Source: Anaeramoeba ignava BMAN
Lineage: Eukaryota; Protista; Anaeramoebae
Assembly: GCA_028826165.1 (NCBI GenBank)
Contig: JAPDFW010000080.1
Coordinates: forward strand, 62,001 to 126,000
Length of the DNA: 64,000 nucleotides
Direction: 5' to 3'
In this document: piece by piece, positions 1-12,383 of the stretch
How the letters are laid out: each line of letters opens with the position of its first letter
Numbering within the stretch: the stretch's first letter is position 1
Program-made: the position numbers and the translations under genes
Notes under the pieces: generated by a model
Told to the model about the DNA's origin: nothing
The model's input: the letters and a program-made list of their open reading frames with translations, nothing else
Databases searched by the model: none

Positions 1-80
1 ATTTAAATCTTATTTTGATCATTTAAATCTTATTTTGATCATTTAAATCTTATTTAATAATTTAAATCTTATTTTGATCA
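1..80. repeat. ~20-bp tandem repeat atttaaatcttattttgatc spanning the Dbf4 stop codon and 3' flank
   Basis: Four near-identical copies at 1-80; the last copy encodes the terminal DQNKI-stop. Confidence 0.9.
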
Positions 81-3000
81 TTTTCATTTTCACTTTTGTA
101 TTCAATATTATTTTCACTTTTGTATTCAATATTATTTTCACTTTTGTATTCAATATTATTTTCATTTTTGTATTCAATATTATTTTCACTTTTGTATTCA
201 ATATCATTTTCATTTTTGTATTCAATATTATTTTCACTTTTGTATTCAATATCATTTTCATTTTCATTTTCAATATCATTTTCACTTTTGTATTCAATAT
301 TATTTTCACTTTTGTATTCAATATCATTTTCATTTTTGTATTCAATATCATTTTCACTTTTGTATTCAATATTATTTTCATTTTTGTATTCAATATTATT
401 TTCACTTTTGTATTCAATATTATTTTCACTTTTGTATTCAATATCATTTTCACTTTTGTATTCAATATTATTTTCATTTTTGTATTCAATATTATTTTCA
501 ATTTCGTATTCAATATCATTTTCACTTTTGTATTCAATATTATTTTCATTTTTAATATCATTTTCATTTTTGTATTCAATATCATTTTCACTTTTGTATT
601 CAATATTATTTTCATTTTTGTATTCAATATCATTTTCACTTTTGTATTCAATATTATTTTCACTTTTGTATTCAATATCATTTTCATTTTCATTTTCAAT
701 ATTATTTTCATTTTTGTATTCAATATTATTTTCATTTTTGTATTCAATATTATTTTCATTTTTGTATTCAATATCATTTTCACTTTTGTATTCAATATTA
801 TTTTCATTTTTGTATTCAATATTATTTTCATTTTTGTATTCAATATCATTTTCACTTTTGTATTCAATATCATTTTCACTTTTGTATTCAATATTATTTT
901 CAATTTCATTTTCAATATTATTTTCATTTTTGTATTCAATATCATTTTCACTTTTGTATTCAATATTATTTTCATTTTTAATATCATTTTCACTTTTGTA
1001 TTCAATATTATTTTCATTTTCAATATTATTTTCACTTTTGTATTCAATATTATTTTCATTTTCAATATTATTTTCATTTTCAATATTATTTTCACTTTTG
1101 TATTCAATATCATTTTCATTTTTGTATTCAATATTATTTTCACTTTTGTATTCAATATCATTTTCATTTTGATTTTGATTTTGATTTTGATTTTCATCTT
1201 CAATTTCATCATCTTCAATTTCATCATCTTCAATTTTGTTTTCAATTTCTTCAATTTCAATCCCTATTTCATATTCGTTTTTGTATTCAATATCATTTTT
1301 ATTTTGATTTTGATTTTGATTTTGATTTTGATTTTCATTTTCATTTTGATTTTGATTTTGATTTTGATTTTCATTTTGATTTTGATTTTCATTTTGATTT
1401 TGATTTTGATTTTGATTTTCAATTTCATTTTCATTTTGATTTTCATTTTGATTTTGATTTTGATTTTGATTTTGATTTTGATTTTGATTTTGATTTTGAT
1501 TTTGATTTTCATTTTGATTTTGATTTTGATTTTGATTTTGATTTTGATTTTGATTTTCATTTAGATTTTGATTTTGATTTTGATTTTGATTTTCATTTTG
1601 ATTTTCATTTTGATTTTGATTTTCATTTTCATTTTCATTTTCAATTTCAATTTCATCATTTTCAATTTCATCATCTTCAATTTCATCATCTTCAATTTCA
1701 TCATCTTCAATTTTGTTTTCAATTTCTTCAATTTCAATCCCTATTTCATATTCGTTTTTGTATTCAATATCATTTTCATTTTGATTTTGATTTTGATTTT
1801 GATTTTGATTTTGATTTTGATTTTGATTTTGATTTTGATTTTCATTTTGATTTTCATTTTGATTTTCATTTTCACTTTGATTTTGATTTTGATTTTCATT
1901 TTCATTTTGATTTTCATTTTGATTTTGATTTTGATTTTCATTTTCACTTTGATTTTGATTTTGATTTTCATTTTCAATTTCATTTTCATTTTGATTTTGA
2001 TTTAGATTTTCATTTTGATTTTGATTTTGATTTTGATTTAGATTTTGATTTTGATTTTGATTTTGATTTTGATTTTGATTTTCATTTTGATTTTGATTTT
2101 CAATTTCAATTTCATCATTTTCAATTTCATCATCTTCAATTTTTTTTTTAATTTCTTCAATTTCAATCCCTATTTCATATTCGTTTTTGTATTCAATATT
2201 ATTTTTATTTTGATTTTGATTTTCATTTTGATTTTGATTTTGATTTTGATTTTGATTTTCATTTTCACTTTGATTTTGATTTTGATTTTCATTTTCAATT
2301 TCATTTTCATTTTGATTTTGATTTAGATTTTCATTTTGATTTTGATTTTGATTTTGATTTTGATTTTGATTTTGATTTTGATTTTCATTTTGATTTTGAT
2401 TTTCAATTTCAATTTCATCATTTTCAATTTCATCATCTTCAATTTTTTTTTTAATTTCTTCAATTTCAATCCCTATTTCATATTCGTTTTTGTATTCAAT
2501 ATTATTTTTATTTTGATTTTGATTTTCATTTTGATTTTGATTTTGATTTTGATTTTGATTTTGATTTTCAATTTCAATTTCATCATTTTCAATTTCATCA
2601 TCTTCAATTTCATCATCTTCAATTTCATCATCTTCAATTTTTTTTTTAATTTCTTCAATTTCAATCCCTATTTCATATTCGTTTTTGTATTCAATATCAT
2701 TTTGATTTTGATTTTGATTTTGATTTTCAATTTCATATTTGTTTCTGTATTCAATTTCATCATTTTCATTTTGATTTTGATTTTCATTTTCATTTTCAAT
2801 TTCAATTTCATTTTCATTTTCAATTTCAATTTCATTTTCATTTTCAATTTCAATTTCATTTTCATTTTCAATTTCAATTTCATTTTCAATTTCATTTTCA
2901 ATTTCATTTTTATTTTGATTTTGATTTTCATTTTGATTTTGATTTTCATTTTGATTTTGATTTTGATTTTGATTTTCATTTTCATTTTCATTTTCATTTT

Positions 3001-4303
3001 CATTTTCATTTTCATTTTCATTTTCAATTTCAATTTCAATTTCATTTTGCTTTTTTTTACTATTTTTTTTAAAACCGATTTTCCTTTTACTTTTTGGTTG
3101 ATTCAAATCATTCAACTCCCCTTTTTGTTTATCATCTTGAGAAATTAAATCTGTTTCTTTTTCAAAAGCAATTTTCCTTTTTGAACGAGATTGATTAAAT
3201 AAATCTCGAAAAATATCAGGTTCTAAATAAAGTTCATCATCAATTTCCATATCAACAACTTGAGAATCAGTATTTTTTTTATTTTTTTCATTTTCTTGAT
3301 TAATACTTTCAAACAATAAATCAATAATATGATAATTTGAACTCCTCAATGCAAAACTTCTATGCCTATTTTTATTGATATGGTTGCGAAAATGACTAAA
3401 TCTTTGGCGACAATTTTCACAATATCCATTGCCTTTGATTTTATTATTTTTTTTCTTGAATTTTCTTGGGTTATTTTGAAGAATTTCAACAGACCAATTC
3501 GGGATTCGAGATTTGCATCTCTTTGATAAAATATCTTTTATATCTGGAATCTCTTCGTATTCCTGATAAAATGGTTGATGATTTTGTTCCAAATCAAAAA
3601 TACTGATAAATTGCTTTTCTTTTTCTTCTTCACTATTAACACTATTATTGACTTTTTCTTCATCTTTTTTTAAATCTATTTCTTGTGGTTTTTGTTCGAG
3701 TTGATTTTTTTCGAGCATTTCCATTTTCCTGTCAATCCATCTCAGAAATTTTTCAGATGAACATATTTTAGTTCCAAGTGATTCAATTTTTTTCAAAGAA
3801 AGAATATTTTTTTGGTGATTTGATGAAGAAATTGAAGATTTTTGTGAATTTTGTTTTTCAGGTAAATTTTGTGATAAAGAATTATTATTATTATCATTTC
3901 TTTTTCCAGAATTTAAATTAATAGGAATATTTTCAGCAGAATTTGTTGGGAAATTGAATAAAAAATTCTGTTCAATTTTAAATGTTTTTGATTCTTTTTG
4001 AGTTGAATTGATATTTAAAATTTGTGTTTTTGGTTCTTGATTATGATTATGATTGTAATTGTAATTATAATTATGTGAATTTAAATGGGAATTTGTTTGT
4101 ATTTGTGTTTGTGTTTGTTGTTCTTTTTGTGAATGTGAATGTGAATGTGAAATTATTTCATCTGTTATATAATAATTAACTCTTCTTTTAAAATCATTTA
4201 AAATTGTTCCTCCAAAATTTTTAATTCCTTTTTCTAATTTTTTTCTTTTATTTTCATCTTCAATATGAAGAACAAATCTTTTTCCCTTTAAACGTTGATT
4301 CAT
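62..4303 (-). CDS. DBF4: Dbf4/ASK-like Cdc7 kinase regulatory subunit with very long low-complexity C-terminal repeat tail
   Basis: N motif/BRCT-like LKGKRFVL..KLEKGIKNFGGTI..VNYYITD; M-motif-like FISIFDLEQNHQPFYQEY; Dbf4 C-type zinc finger GYCENCRQRFSHFRNHINKNRHRSFA..NYHIIDLL; followed by about 1000 aa of NQ/EN/NNIEYKSE repeats in one uninterrupted 1413-aa ORF. Confidence 0.85.
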   Translation of the reverse strand: MNQRLKGKRFVLHIEDENKRKKLEKGIKNFGGTILNDFKRRVNYYITDEIISHSHSHSQKEQQTQTQIQTNSHLNSHNYNYNYNHNHNQEPKTQILNINSTQKESKTFKIEQNFLFNFPTNSAENIPINLNSGKRNDNNNNSLSQNLPEKQNSQKSSISSSNHQKNILSLKKIESLGTKICSSEKFLRWIDRKMEMLEKNQLEQKPQEIDLKKDEEKVNNSVNSEEEKEKQFISIFDLEQNHQPFYQEYEEIPDIKDILSKRCKSRIPNWSVEILQNNPRKFKKKNNKIKGNGYCENCRQRFSHFRNHINKNRHRSFALRSSNYHIIDLLFESINQENEKNKKNTDSQVVDMEIDDELYLEPDIFRDLFNQSRSKRKIAFEKETDLISQDDKQKGELNDLNQPKSKRKIGFKKNSKKKQNEIEIEIENENENENENENENENENQNQNQNQNENQNQNENQNQNKNEIENEIENEIEIENENEIEIENENEIEIENENEIEIENENENQNQNENDEIEYRNKYEIENQNQNQNQNDIEYKNEYEIGIEIEEIKKKIEDDEIEDDEIEDDEIENDEIEIENQNQNQNQNQNQNENQNQNKNNIEYKNEYEIGIEIEEIKKKIEDDEIENDEIEIENQNQNENQNQNQNQNQNQNQNQNENLNQNQNENEIENENQNQNQSENENQNQNQNQNQNENQNQNKNNIEYKNEYEIGIEIEEIKKKIEDDEIENDEIEIENQNQNENQNQNQNQNQNQNLNQNQNQNQNENLNQNQNENEIENENQNQNQSENENQNQNQNENQNENENQNQNQSENENQNENQNENQNQNQNQNQNQNQNQNQNQNENDIEYKNEYEIGIEIEEIENKIEDDEIEDDEIEDDEIENDEIEIENENENENQNQNENQNENQNQNQNQNLNENQNQNQNQNQNQNQNENQNQNQNQNQNQNQNQNQNQNENQNENEIENQNQNQNQNENQNQNENQNQNQNQNENENQNQNQNQNQNKNDIEYKNEYEIGIEIEEIENKIEDDEIEDDEIEDENQNQNQNQNENDIEYKSENNIEYKNENDIEYKSENNIENENNIENENNIEYKSENNIENENNIEYKSENDIKNENNIEYKSENDIEYKNENNIENEIENNIEYKSENDIEYKSENDIEYKNENNIEYKNENNIEYKSENDIEYKNENNIEYKNENNIEYKNENNIENENENDIEYKSENNIEYKSENDIEYKNENNIEYKSENDIEYKNENDIKNENNIEYKSENDIEYEIENNIEYKNENNIEYKSENDIEYKSENNIEYKSENNIEYKNENNIEYKSENDIEYKNENDIEYKSENNIEYKSENDIENENENDIEYKSENNIEYKNENDIEYKSENNIEYKNENNIEYKSENNIEYKSENNIEYKSENENDQNKI
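80..3045 (-). repeat. Coding tandem repeats in the Dbf4 tail: 24-nt NNIEYKSE units, 6-nt NQ/NE units and five copies of a NIEYKNEYEIGIEIEEI block
   Basis: Visible on the + strand as tttgtattcaatattattttcac and ttttga/ttttca arrays. Confidence 0.95.
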
Positions 4304-4575
4304 TTTAATAAATTAAAAAAAAAAAAAAAAAAATGAAAATCGGAAAAAAAAAATTTTTTTTATTGGAAAAGAAAAAAAAAAAAAGAAAAATTTCAAACAA
4401 AAAGAAAGAAAAGAAAGTAAGTAAGTAAATTTTTGATTTTGAATTATTTTTGGAAAAGTGGAAAAAAAGAGGATTTGAAAAAATTTCCAAAAATGAAAAA
4501 TTAGAAAAAAAAGAGAAAAAGAAAATTAACTTTTGATTGATAAGAAAAAAAGAAGAAGAAGAAGAAGAAGAAAAA

Positions 4576-7500
4576 TTAATCAGGAAGACCACTTTCAACT
4601 GTATCAAATAAACCTTCAAGCATTTTCTTTGCAATTCTTGTTTTATTTACTGCTTGCATTTTATCAATTTTCTCAATTGGTAATTCTAAAATTTCACTTA
4701 ATTGTTCTGTTGTGTTTTCCAAATCTTCTTGAACAAATTCAAAAAGATTTTTACCAGCAGATTTATCTGGAAGATAATATGCAAAAACATATGTGTACAT
4801 CAATGTAGATCGACACTATTTAAAATTTAAATTATTTTTGGATTAAATTATTTTTGAATTATTTTTGAATTATTTTTGAATTATTTTGAATTAAATTATT
4901 TTTGATTTAAATTATTTTTAAAATTAAATTATTTTTAAATTAAATTATTTTGGAATTAAATTATTTTAAATTATTTTGAATTAAATTATTTTTAAATTAA
5001 ATTATTTTTGAATTAAATTATTTTTGAATTAAATTATTTTTAAATTAAATTATTTTTGAATTGAATTATTTTTGAATTAAATTATTTTTGAATTTAAATT
5101 ATTTTTAAATTAAATTATTTTAAATTATTTTGGAATTAAATTATTTTTAAATTAAATTATTTTTAAATTATTTTTGGATTATTTTTGAATTTAAATATTT
5201 TTGAATTAAATTATTTTGGAATTAAATTATTTTTGAATTGAATTATTTTGGAATTAAAACTTACAATACAAAGTTGATCAACTGCTTCTTCCATAAAACT
5301 AACATCAATAAATGAAACATCTTTTGATTCTTGCATTTCTTTCATCTTTTTTCTTGTTTTTTCTCTTAATTCCTTTTCAAATCCAAGAGATTGCTTATGA
5401 TTTTGATATCTGTGATAATAATGAATGTATCTCTAAAAAAGATTCCAAGTTAAAAATTTACAGTTAAATTTAAATTTAAATTTTTAACTTAAATTTAAAG
5501 ATTTCAGTTTACATCTAATGCTAATTTAGTTTCTTCAGCTTTTTTATTATCATGTTTTGAAGGATCATATCTATTGCATTTAAAATAACTTGTTCCATGA
5601 AGTTTCCAATCCTCTTAAATATATTTAAATTTAATTTAATAAATAATTTAATAAATATATTTAAATTTAATTAATAAATATATTTAAATTTAATTTAATA
5701 AATATATTTATTAAATTAAATAAATATAATTACCTAAACAAACCCAACAAAATTCATAATGACATTTTCTGCAAGTCATATGACTAAAAAAATTTAAATT
5801 TGAAAATTGAAAGTTATAAATTAAATTTGAAAATTATAATTTCTTTTTTTTTGAAAATATATTTACTTGCAACCTCCATTTTTTTCAATTTGAGTATGAC
5901 ATTTAGGACAAGGCTTTGTATTCGCTAAAAGCCAATTATAAGTTTCTGAATCATCTTGACACTAAAAAAAATGAATTAAATTAAAATTATTTTTGGATTA
6001 TTTTGAATTAAAATTATTTTTGATTTAAATTATTTTGAATTATTTTTGAATTAAATTATTTTTGGATTATTTTGAATTATTTTTGAAATTAAAATTATTT
6101 TGAATTAAAATTATTTTGTACTTTTTTATTCCAAGTTGCATATTGTTCACAAGTTGATGGTGAATGAGCTTCTCCAGAACATTTAAAACTATTTAAAATT
6201 TGATAATTTGATAATTTGATAATTTTTTAAATAAAAATTAAAATAAAAGTAAATAAAAGGTTTCAAACCAAAAACGATATCCACAAGAACATTGAACATT
6301 TGAACCTCTAATTTTAATTGAAAAAAATTTTAATTGAAAAAAATTTTAATTGAAAAAAATTAATTGAAAAAAATTTAATTGAAAAAAATTTTGATTGAAT
6401 TTTTACCGAGTAATCATTGATGAATTAACTGCTTTCCCACATCCTGGTGCGGGACACCATTTGATCGATGGATTATCTTCAACAAAAGATTTTGCTAAAA
6501 ACCATCTATTTTAAATAAATTTGGAAATGAAAAAGAAATGAATAAAAAAGAAACAAATACAGAAAAAAAACATTTTCAAAATAAAAAATATAAAAAATAT
6601 AGAAAATAAAAAGAAGAAATACTGATATTTAGAAAACATTTCGGTTGAAACAATCTTTTTGATTAATTTTTCATGGACTAATTCATAACATTGATGAATA
6701 GGACAGATAATATTATTAACATTTCCATCTTTGATTTTTGTTGTGAGATAATCTTTCCAACAATCTAAACAAATAGGATGTCTACATCTTAAACTAAACG
6801 AAGTTTTTGGATCAATATCTTCAAAACAAATCAAGCAACTGTCTCCATCAGGTTTATATTCAGTATTTTGGTCTTGAACTAAATTTAATTTTAATTTTAA
6901 TTTTAATTTTAATTTTAATTTCAATTTTAATTTTAATTTTAATTTTAATTTTAAATTTTAATTTTAATTTTAATTTTAAATTTTAATTTTAACTTTAATT
7001 TTAATTTAATTTTAATTTTAATTTTCAATTTTAATTTCAATTTTAATTTTCAATTTTAATTTTAATTTTAATTTCAATTTTAATTTTGATTTTAACTTTA
7101 ATTTTAATTTCAATTTTAATTTTAAATTTAAATTTAATTTTGATTTTAATTTTAATTTTAATTTCAATTTTAATTTTAAATTTAAATTTAATTTTGATTT
7201 TAATTTTAATTTTAATTTTAATTTTAATTTTAATTTTAATTTTAATTTACAATCTTTTTCATTAATTTTTGCTTTTTTGAAAACTGCTTGTCTGTCAGTC
7301 ATTACATCTTCAATTAATCTATCAACATTCCATCGAAAATGTCTTAATAAAGCACCTGCAATAAAACTTGGTACATCAAGAACTCCAGAAATTTTATCAA
7401 TTTGTTGAGTTTGTTCTTCCATAATTTTATTCTGGAAATAATTTTATAAATAATTTTATAAATAATTTTATAAATAATTTTATAAATAATTTTATAAATA

Positions 7501-8636
7501 ATTTTATAAATAATTTTATAAATAATTTTATAAATAATTTTATAAATAATTTTATAAATAATTTTATAAATAATTTTATAAATAATTTTATAAATAATTT
7601 TATAAATAATTTTATAAATAATTTTATAAATAATTTAATAAATAATTTTATAAATAATTTTATAAATAATTTTATAAATAATTTTATAATTAATTTTATA
7701 AATAATTTTATAAATAATTTTATAAATAATTTTATAATTAATTTTATAAATAATTTTATAAATAATTTTATAATTAATTTTATTATTAATTTTATATTTA
7801 ATTTTATAAATAATTTTATAAATAATTTTATTATTAATTTTATAATTAATTTTATTATTAATTTTATAATTAATTTTATTATTAATTTTATAAATAATTT
7901 TATAAATAATTTTATATATAATTTTATATATAATTTTATATATAATTTTATATATAATTTTTATATATAATTTTATAAATAATTTTATAAATAATTTTAT
8001 AAATAATTTTATAAATAATTTTATAAATAATTTTATAAATAATTTTATAAATAATTTTATATTTAATTTTATAAATAATTTTTATATTTAATTTTATAAA
8101 TAATTTTTATAAATAATTTTATATTTAATTTTATAAATAATTTTATAAATAATTTTATAAATAATTTTATATTTAATTTTATATTTAATTTTATAAATAA
8201 TTTTATAATTAATTTTATTAATAATTTTATATTTAATTTTATAAATAATTTTATAATTAATTTTATAATTAATTTTATAAATAATTTTATAATTAATTTT
8301 ATAAATAATTTAATAAATAATTTTATAAATAATTTTATAAATAATTTTATAAATAATTTTATAAATAATTTTATAATTAATTTTATATTTAATTTTATAA
8401 ATAATTTAATATTTAAATTGGTTTGAAAATGTAATTACTGGATCAAGAGCTTTTTGTTTCATATCACTTTGTTCTATATTAACCTCCCAATTATCTTCAT
8501 CACCAGAAATAATTTCATCATCAGTTCCATCATCTATTGGATCGTCATCATCATCATCATCATCATAAGAATTATCTGAATTTGTATCAGAAACCTCACC
8601 ATCATCACCTGAATAAACTTCATCATCTGAACTCAT
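4576..8636 (-). CDS. ARIH: Ariadne-family RBR E3 ubiquitin ligase, 11 exons (8636-8439, 7431-7251, 6878-6623, 6505-6407, 6307-6269, 6188-6122, 5961-5867, 5783-5734, 5613-5513, 5432-5265, 4815-4576), ~497 aa
   Basis: Acidic N-terminus; LLRHFRWN; RING1 [14 protein letters not shown]; [29 protein letters not shown]; RING2 [25 protein letters not shown]; Ariadne domain [20 protein letters not shown]; all 10 introns GT-AG and in phase. Confidence 0.93.
7436..8410. repeat. 12-bp A/T-only satellite (attttataaata)n filling Ariadne intron 1 (7432-8438)
   Basis: Directly visible tandem array. Confidence 0.95.
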
Positions 8637-9128
8637 TTTGTTTTAAAAAGAAAAGAAAATTTTATTTCTTAAAAAAAAAGAAAAAAGAAAAAAATGAAAA
8701 AATGAAAAAATAAAAATTAAATTTAAAAAAAAATTTCTTTTAAAACTTAAAATTTAGATACAATTACATCATTTAAAAAAAAAATCAAAATTAAAATTAA
8801 AATTAGAATTAAAATTAAAATTAAAATTGAAATGAGAAAGTAAATTAAAATTAAAATCAAAATTAAAATTAAAATTGAAATTGAAATTAAAATTAAAATG
8901 AGAAAGTAAAAGTAAAAAATCTTTATTCTTTTTTTTTTTTTAAAATCACATTTTTTTTTTGTGATTTAATTTTGTCCAAAAAAAGACAAAGAAAAAAAGA
9001 AAAAAGAAAGAAAAGAGAAGAAAAAGAAAGAAAAAGAAAAAAAAAAGAAAAAAAAAAAAAAAGAAAAAGAAAAAGAGGAATTTGGGAAAAAAAAATGTCA
9101 AAAAAAAATGAAGGAGAAAAGAAAGGGT

Positions 9129-11231
9129 TTACTTAACTAATTCCTTAAGGGATTCATTGAGGATGTTGTAAGCTTCATCAACGTGAGCTTTTTTAGAATT
9201 CAAAGCGGGTCTAAAACGGAGAGAAGAAGGACCACAAGGGAGGATGATCATTGATTTCTCGTAACATTTAGCCTTAAGAGAGTCTCTAAATTCCTTAGAA
9301 GGCAAGTCAAAAGAGCAGAACAAGCCTTTGCCTCTAGTGTTTGAAATATGGGAAGGATAAGCAGTCTGGAGTTCGAGGAGCTTTTGAAGCAAATAAGCAC
9401 CAACTTCGGCAGCATTGTCAACAAGTTTCTCTTCTTCTATGATTTCGTAGATGCGTTGAGCACGGAGCATGTCAGCAATATTGCCTCCCCATGTTGAGTT
9501 GATTCTGGATGATTGGACAAAAACGTTGCTTTCGACTTTGAGACAGCGTTCTGTAACCATGATTCCGCAGACTTGAGATTTTTTCCCGAATGACACGATG
9601 TCGGGAACAATATCATAGTGTTCATAAGCCCACATTTTGCCAGTGATTCCCATCCCCGATTGCACTTCGTCACAAATGAACAAGATATCATGTTCTTCCG
9701 TTATTTTTCGCAATTCTTGCATGAATTCTTTTCTGAAGTGATTGTCTCCACCTTCGCCCTGAATTGGTTCGATAATCAAGCATGCGATTCCATCTGCGTC
9801 CTTGCTTATTGCGTCCTTGATTTGATTCAATGCCTTTTCTTCTGCCTCAATCACCTTTTTCAAGTTGTCTCCTTCGAGCGGGAAGTGACACACTGGATTG
9901 TCTATTCTTGGCCAGTCGAATTTTGGGAAATAACGGACTTTCCATGGATCTGTGTTTGTTAATGACATTGTGTATCCGGATCGTCCGTGGAATGATTGGC
10001 GGAAATGGATTACGCTTCCTGCTTCTTTTTCTTTTCCATTAGCAAAATTTTTTCTTGTTTTCCAGTCAAATGCAACTTTTAATGCGTTTTCAACTGCAAG
10101 TGCTCCTCCATCAATGAAAAAGACTTTTTTATTTAAAATTTCATTTCAAGATGAATTTTAATTTCAATTTCAAAATGAATTTTAATTTTAATAAATGATC
10201 AAAATGAAAAAATATTTTGGATTGATTTAAAATTTAATTTAAAATTATAAATGAATTTTAATTTTAATTTTAATTTTAATTTTAATTTTAATTTTAATTT
10301 TAATTTTAATTTTAAAATGAATTTTAATTTTAATTTTAATTTTAAAATGAATTTTAATTTTAATTTTAATTTTGATTTTGATTTTAATTTTAATTTTAAT
10401 TTTAATTTTGATTTTAATTTTAAAATGAATTTTAATTTTAATAAATGATCAAAATGAAAAAATATTTTGGATTGATTTAAAATTTAATTTAAAATTATAA
10501 ATGAATTTTAATTTCAATTTCAAAATGAATTTTAATTTTAATAAATGATCAAAATGAAAAAATATTTTGGATTGATTTAAAATTTGATTTAAAATTATAA
10601 ATGAATTTTAATTTTAATTTCAAAATGAATTTTAATTTGAATTTTAATTTTAATAAATGATCAAAATGAAAAAATATTTTGGATTGATTTAAAATTTGAT
10701 TTAAAATTATAAATGATCAAAATAATAAATTCGTTTGTTTAAAAAAAGATTTGAATTATTTTAAATAAAAAATAAATAAAAATAAAAATATTGAAGTGAC
10801 GAATAAAAAAATAAAAAAAATAATAAAAAAAAAAATAAAAAAAAAAGAGAAAAATTTTGATTTAAAAAATACAAACCTCTTTTAAATTCTTTTGGCATAC
10901 AAACTCTTTCAAAAGTAGCAACAAATTGAGCCATTTCAACAGTATAAATATCAGAATTAGCAATTTTAACAGCAGCAACTTTTCCCAAATGTTCAAGGAA
11001 TTTTGGGTCATTCATTTTAGGATGATTATAACCAACTGCCCAAGAAGCAAAAAATGTAAAAAAATCCAAAAATTTTTTGTTTGTTCTTGAATCATATAAA
11101 TAACTTCCTTCTGATTTATCAAAATCAAAAACTAATGGAAATCCATCTGTTAATAATACTCTGTTTAATACTTTGTGTACTTCTTGTGGTGTGATCTTTT
11201 CAACTTCTTCTTTTGTTAATCCTTTTGACAT
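9129..11231 (-). CDS. lat: L-lysine 6-transaminase-like class III PLP aminotransferase, 2 exons (11231-10877, 10123-9129), ~449 aa
   Basis: FLDFFTFFASWAVGYNHP; FFIDGGALAVENALKVAFDWK; SFHGRSGYTMSLTNT; IIEPIQGEGGDNHF; DEVQSGMG; FGKK PLP lysine; SSRINSTWGGN, a motif set typical of bacterial Lat; GT-AG intron 10876-10124 restores the frame. Confidence 0.88.
10190..10720. repeat. Four copies of a ~60-bp unit (ataaatgatcaaaatgaaaaaatattttggattgatttaaaattt) interleaved with (aatttt)n in the lat intron
   Basis: Copies start near 10191, 10441, 10541 and 10653. Confidence 0.9.
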
Positions 11232-11444
11232 AATTTTTTAAAAAGAAAAAAAATGATTTTTAAGTTTTAAAAAAAAAAATTTTTTTTTTACTTAATTTAA
11301 TTAAAAATGAAAAAAAGGGAAAAAAAAATTTTAAATTAAAAAGAAAAGAGAAAAAAAAATATTTTTTTTATTTTTTGGGATTTTTTCTCCTTCTTCTTTT
11401 TTATAATTATTTTCTCCTTTTCTCTTTTTTTTAAGTTTTTATTT

Positions 11445-12210
11445 TTATTTTTTTTTAATTTAAATTTAATAATAAATTAATTATTATTTTATTATAATTT
11501 AATTATAATTTAATTTTAATTTTATTTTTATTTAAATTTATTAATAAATTATTTATTATTTTATATTTTATTTCTTTTATAATTTAATTTATAATTTTAT
11601 TCCACTTTTTTTTTAATTTAAATTTAATAATAAATTAATTATTATTTTATTATAATTTTATTATAATTTAATTATAATTTTAATTTTATTTATATTTATT
11701 AATAAATTATTTATTATTTATTATTTTATTTCTTTTATAATTTAATTTATAATTTTATTCCACTTTTTTTTTTAATTTAAATTTAATAATAAATTATTTA
11801 TTATTTTATTTATAATTTAATTATAATTTTATTTTAATTTTATATTTATTTATATTTATTAATAAATTATTTATTATTTATTATTTTATTTCTTTTTATA
11901 ATTTAATTTATAATTTTATTCAACTTTTTTTTTAATTTAAATTTAATAATAAATTAATTATTATTTTATTTATAATTTAATTATAATTTTATTTTAATTT
12001 TATATTTATTTAAATTTATTAATAAATTATTTATTATTTATTATTTTATTTCTTTTATAATTTAATTTATAATTTTATTCCACTTTTTTTTTAATTTAAA
12101 TTTAATAATAAATTAATTATATTTTTATTAATAATTTAATTATAATTTAATTTTAATAATAAATTAATTATTATTTTATTTATTATTTTATTATTATTTT
12201 ATTTATAATT
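11445..12210. repeat. ~160-bp-period AT-rich repeat between divergent lat and HDAC
   Basis: Marker c(c/a)actttttttt at 11602, 11760, 11921 and 12080. Confidence 0.85.
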
Positions 12211-12383
12211 TTAATTTTAAAATGAATAAAAATCCAATTAAAAAAACAACACATTTTTTTTTTCATTTTTTTTCATTTTTTCATTTTTTCATTTTTTTTC
12301 TTGTTTCTAAATATTATTAGAAAATTTTTGTGATTGAATTCAATAATTTAAAAATAAATAAAAAATTTGAGTAACGAATAAAA

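Noticed and set aside
43-3148. Alternative-frame and antisense ORFs over the Dbf4 tail
   Set aside because: Stop-free by-products of repeat units that are multiples of 3
9129-11231. Bacterial contamination
   Set aside because: Contains a spliceosomal intron and host-like AT-rich flanks
10190-12210. CRISPR-like repeat-spacer arrays
   Set aside because: The intervening sequence is low-complexity rather than unique spacers, the context is eukaryotic, and no cas genes are present
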